A stretch of 64,000 nt of DNA from a bacterium (GTDB lineage: Bacteria > UBA8248), in the NCBI GenBank assembly GCA_965200245.1, contig CBDATS010000004.1:288001-352000 (forward strand), in the 5' to 3' direction. A model generated the notes under the pieces. That model was given only the letters and a program-made list of their open reading frames with translations, was not told the origin of the DNA and did no database searches. Within the stretch, counting starts at the first letter, position 1. Each line of letters opens with the position of its first letter. Positions 60,316 to 64,000 of this stretch are shown here, one piece after another. The translations under genes and the position numbers were made by a program.

Positions 60316-60646
60316 ATGTCCTTGATAGAGAAATTTGATTCCGAAGACAATTGCCGCGAATACCTTGAAGCCATACGCTGGCCAATAGGCGCATGCTGCA
60401 CCCGTTGCGGTAATATGGATATTGTCAAAATCTCCAAGCGCAATTTCTGGAGATGCCGGGGATGAGACTATCATTTCAGCATTACGAACGGGACGATCAT
60501 GCACGATCCGATCCCCCCTCCGTAAATGGTTTCTGGCGATATACCTCATGTGTGAATCCAGGAAGAGCATATCAGCCAACCAGATGAAGCGAACCCTGGG
60601 CGCAGCACGCGATTCTCTGAAGAGAATGAAACAGTCGACCAGATAG
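60316..60646 (+). mobile_element. IS1595-family transposase N-terminal remnant
   Basis: FDSEDNCREYLEAIRWP..CTRCG...WRC zinc ribbon; LRKWFLAIYLM..RKSISANQM; stop and frameshift, no DDE domain. Confidence 0.8.
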
Positions 60647-60996
60647 CAAAAAGTGAATCAGGACGTAGCGCAAGCCACTGATAGAGAGTTTTTCCCATTC
60701 TGGATAAGGGTAAAGGCAACACTGAAACGAGGAATCAATAAGTGCGAATAAATACCTTGGCATTTTCTCTTAAGCTGACCTGTGCTCGTCCAGTTATATG
60801 GCTCGACACAAGCCTCAAGGCTCGGCTCAAGCTATCCTTGTGATACACCACCCAGGAATCGTTTCACCAGAACATCTATTTGCTTTTGAGTGTAAACCTG
60901 ATGAGTATCCAAATCAGCTTGTAGTTCGGAGTGTTTGTTAGGGGCGAACCAGTCCTGCAGAAATCGGCGAGTAAAGCCCGGGGAGCAAGTGGACCG

Positions 60997-61337
60997 TCAC
61001 TTGTCCTCTGGTGGGAGCAGCGTTTCCAAAAGAGAAATCAAGCGTGGAATATCCTGCCTAACGGTCTCCCAGACACGTTCAAGGTTAACGTTAAAATACT
61101 CATGCACAAGACGATTCCGCATGCCGATGATCCGTGACCAGTGGATATCAGGGTGTGCCTCCTTGCTCTCGACACTCACACGGGATGCGGCTTCACGATG
61201 ATTTCCACTGTTTTCAGAATTGCGAACTGCACCATGCGGTTTTGCTCAAGTTCTGGCAAAGTCAAATCAGCGGCGAATTCTTTCGCCTCGTGGGCTGCCA
61301 GCAACATATCGAGCAGATAGGCCCTGTCATGCCGCAT
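60997..61337 (-). pseudogene. HepT-like (DUF86/HEPN) ribonuclease toxin, frameshifted near 61196
   Basis: YLLDML...VEII | (G)EAASRVS...W..I.GMRNRLVHEY (RxxxxH). Confidence 0.82.
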
Positions 61338-61638
61338 AAATCGTCTCGGCGGATTGAAGGATGGCCTTGCGGCGTATGTAGTTCGGGCTCCGTTCAATAC
61401 CCGCTCGTTCCACCAAATCCACCTTGCGCCCGAGCATTGCACTGAACTCGTCCTCCATATGAGCGAGGTCGAGAAGGGTGTGTCGTGCCCGCGGGTCGAA
61501 ACGTACCAACACATCGACATCGCTTTCGGGACCGAAGTCTTCCCGCAACACGGAACCGAATACCGCCAGTTCCAGTACCTGCCATCGTTTGCAGAAGGTG
61601 GCTATCCTGTCTGCAGGCAATGCAATCTGCGTGCTCAT
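61327..61638 (-). CDS. MNT minimal nucleotidyltransferase antitoxin
   Basis: FGSVLREDFGPESDVDVLV, LGRKVDLV. Confidence 0.9.
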   Translation of the reverse strand: MSTQIALPADRIATFCKRWQVLELAVFGSVLREDFGPESDVDVLVRFDPRARHTLLDLAHMEDEFSAMLGRKVDLVERAGIERSPNYIRRKAILQSAETIYAA

Positions 61639-61976
61639 GCGATGGCCTCCCCGAAAGCAATTTGCTTCTGCGCTTTCCCCGACAGTCATCTGATGATTAG
61701 GCTGAAACGTATGTGAATACCAATGTGCGGCTACCGTTGTGTCCAGAGTGGAATGTATCTCCGAAACTCGCCCGTTGCAAACGTCACAAATCGGTCGTGA
61801 ATGCGCGAGTCATTCATCTCGATAGCAGAAGAATATGAAAGATATCTTGAACAATCACGCCTCTTAAAAAATTCAAGGGAATCCCCTTTTTTCGAGTTCC
61901 TGTTCTGCGTCGGACATCCAAGGGGAGCCGGGCCCGCCAAGGACATTTCAAGACACATCTTGGACCACCTGTAATC

Positions 61977-62691
61977 ATGGCCGCAGGCTCCCCCATCGAA
62001 TGGACCGAGGCGACGTGGAACCCTGTCACTGGGTGCACAAAGATCAGCCATGGGTGCAAGCATTGCTATGCCGAGCGCATGTCACGCAAGCTGCAGCGTA
62101 TAGGCGTCGGCAAGTATGCGGACGGGTTCTCAGTCGCCGTGCACGAGTATGTCCTTGAGGATCCGATCCGGTGGCGGCAGCCGCGGCTGGTGTTCGTGAA
62201 CTTGATGTCCGACCTGTTCCACAAGTCGGTACCGACAGCCTTTTATCGAGGCGGTTTTCGAGGTCATGAACGCGCCTCCCGGCACACTTTCCAAGTGCTG
62301 ACCAAGCGCCCGGGCCGCGTCGTCCGGCTGGACCGACGGCTGCGCTGGTCGCCCAACATCTGGATCGGAACGAGTATCGAGTCCGAACAGTGGTTGGGGC
62401 GGATCGACGCACTCAAGGAAACCGGCGCTGCAACCAAATTCCTGTCGCTCGAACCCCTGCTCGGGCCGCTGCCGGACCTGCCACTCGACAGCATCGACTG
62501 GGTGATCGCCGGCGGCGAGTCGGAGCCGGGCGCACGGTCCATGGAGGCCGCGTGGCATCCGCGACAACTGCGTGAGGAACGAGGTCCCGTTCTTCTTCAA
62601 ACAGTAGGGCGGCGTGTTCAAGAAACGGACTGGCTGGACGCTCGACGGCAAGACCTAGAACCAGATACCGACGACAACAAAGGAACTGTAA
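61977..62691 (+). pseudogene. DUF5131 / phage Gp37-Gp68-family protein, degraded
   Basis: IEWTEATWNPVTGCTKISHGCKHCYA, MSDLFH, LTKRP, SLEPLLG, WVIAGGES; frameshifts and FFKQ*GG, GKT*NQ. Confidence 0.85.
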
Positions 62692-62724
62692 CCGACTCCA
62701 CCCGGACAGTTATGGGTCGCGGCC

Positions 62725-62970
62725 TTGGTACTGACATCGCTCCCGGATGCCGCACTGGTTGAGCGGTTCGTGGACACAGGTCCGTCGGATATCGGGTACC
62801 ACGTACTAGAAGGGCAAGCCTTGTTTGCCGATGACACTCCCGTCAGGTTGTTTGCGCTAGGCATCGGCAAGACAACGACGGGCTGGGTCTGGACCTATGT
62901 GAGGGACGAACGACTCTGGGGCGACGATGGTGCGCCGCATCAAGACCTGCTACCCAGCGCACACTTGTAG
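62725..62970 (+). mobile_element. IS66 transposase (TnpC) fragment
   Basis: LFADDTPV.L...G.GKTTTGWVWTYVRDER. Confidence 0.75.
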
Positions 62971-63058
62971 CACAGTTGGCTCGACTGGCCGTCGTCATCA
63001 GTGGCAGAATCTTGGGTCGTGTTCACAAATGTGTTATCATCAGCAATGAGATCAGTCT

Positions 63059-63484
63059 GTGATTGTGCGAGGTAGTATTGGATGGATGCTGAAATTATTG
63101 CAGGAAGTTTGGGAATTCGACCCGGGTAATGTCCCCGGAACCAGCCGCACGTTAGGCATCATTTCGGCAACCTCCGGGCTAGGTGTCGCAGAGATCGTCA
63201 GCGCGACGATTTACCTGCACAGCCAAGGTTACTTTGGGGGTGTGGCTTTGTGGCTACAGACGGTCGAATTAGGGTGGACGGAGCTTAAAGCAATCGGTTT
63301 CGTCACTATATTGGTGTTGCTAATAGCCTGCGTAACTATTCTTTTTGGCACAGTTGTCTTTCTCAGTTCAGAAGGACGAAGCTACATTGGCTATGCTTGG
63401 CAAGGAGCAGTAGTGGTGATAGGCGCGATTGTCCTAGTCACGATCACTAGGAGGATCACCTTTCTGTTCGACTTGGTAGGATAG
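63059..63484 (+). CDS. Hypothetical membrane protein (about 3 TM helices)
   Basis: Three hydrophobic segments; no family recognised. Confidence 0.45.
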   Translation: MIVRGSIGWMLKLLQEVWEFDPGNVPGTSRTLGIISATSGLGVAEIVSATIYLHSQGYFGGVALWLQTVELGWTELKAIGFVTILVLLIACVTILFGTVVFLSSEGRSYIGYAWQGAVVVIGAIVLVTITRRITFLFDLVG

Positions 63485-63488
63485 TAAC

Positions 63489-64000
63489 ATGCACGACTAC
63501 ACCCGGATCAACTGGAAGGCCTTGCTAGTGGCTTCTGCCTTGCTAATATCGGTGCAAGTTGGAGCACAGATGAGCGCGGCTCAAGCCGCTCCTGCCTTGT
63601 CCAAGGCTGAGGGCAGCGGGCTTAAGTCCACAGAAAAAACAACAAAGTACGCGTTTTATCCTGTGGGCTTGGCGGCAGATGGCTGGCCTGTATTCTTGCA
63701 CGGCGGTAAGAAGCTCAAGATCGGCGCGCCTGCACCCGCGGTTCCCTTGATTGGAGCGGAGAAAAGAAAATGGGCCAAGGACATCGCGACTTTCAAGTTT
63801 GACGGTGTGAAAGACAGACAGGTCTTGTACGTCTACGACTTGTCTAATAAGAAGACCGCGAAGGTTGTGCTCAACACACTCAATCCTACGGTATTGGCCG
63901 ACAAGGCCGGAAAGCTACGGACTGCGATCGGCGCCGTGTACGACACCGCGAGCATCGCGGCGACAGGGCAGGTAGATGTTTATCGCAGGGCTGCCTTACC
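63489..64000 (+). CDS. Hypothetical secreted protein (3' partial)
   Basis: MHDYTRINWKALLVASALLISVQVGAQMSAAQA signal-like N-terminus; frame open to the window end. Confidence 0.55.
   Translation, partial: MHDYTRINWKALLVASALLISVQVGAQMSAAQAAPALSKAEGSGLKSTEKTTKYAFYPVGLAADGWPVFLHGGKKLKIGAPAPAVPLIGAEKRKWAKDIATFKFDGVKDRQVLYVYDLSNKKTAKVVLNTLNPTVLADKAGKLRTAIGAVYDTASIAATGQVDVYRRAAL

Noticed and set aside
43318-62658. Genome-wide TAG recoding (Trp or pyrrolysine) to explain the in-frame amber codons
   Set aside because: Several intact genes here (hemL, asd, livF, recJ, both Liv binding proteins) end at TAG at the expected length, and the DUF5131 gene with two TAGs is also broken by frameshifts.

Overview
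A 64-kb stretch of a GC-rich Gram-negative bacterial chromosome. It contains a nitrogen/amide catabolic cluster (1-8 kb), tRNA-fMet, a long minus-strand biosynthetic run (trpFBA-leuCDB-asd-mtnP-hemL-ftsB), a Liv-type ABC operon with duplicated binding proteins, moaDE, recJ, dacB, a peptide ABC system, a DarTG module, a TRAP/TAXI and sugar-type ABC transport locus, and a decayed defence/mobile region at the right end. Most notable: (1) an RbsA-type ABC ATPase with about 160 residues (four predicted TM helices) inserted inside its second nucleotide-binding domain; (2) nearby, a 1104-aa TAXI-TRAP fused permease enlarged by internally duplicated TM hairpins; (3) a secreted AhpC/TSA-like selenoprotein (UGIC motif plus a SECIS-like hairpin) that the ORF track splits in two; (4) an AT-rich, frameshifted remnant of a T4-like phage primase plus class II ribonucleotide reductase; (5) disrupted toxins (darT amber stop, hepT frameshift) beside intact antitoxins, with recurrent TGG>TAG changes. 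All family assignments come from motif recognition by eye; no database searches were run. Single-base frameshifts could be sequencing errors.
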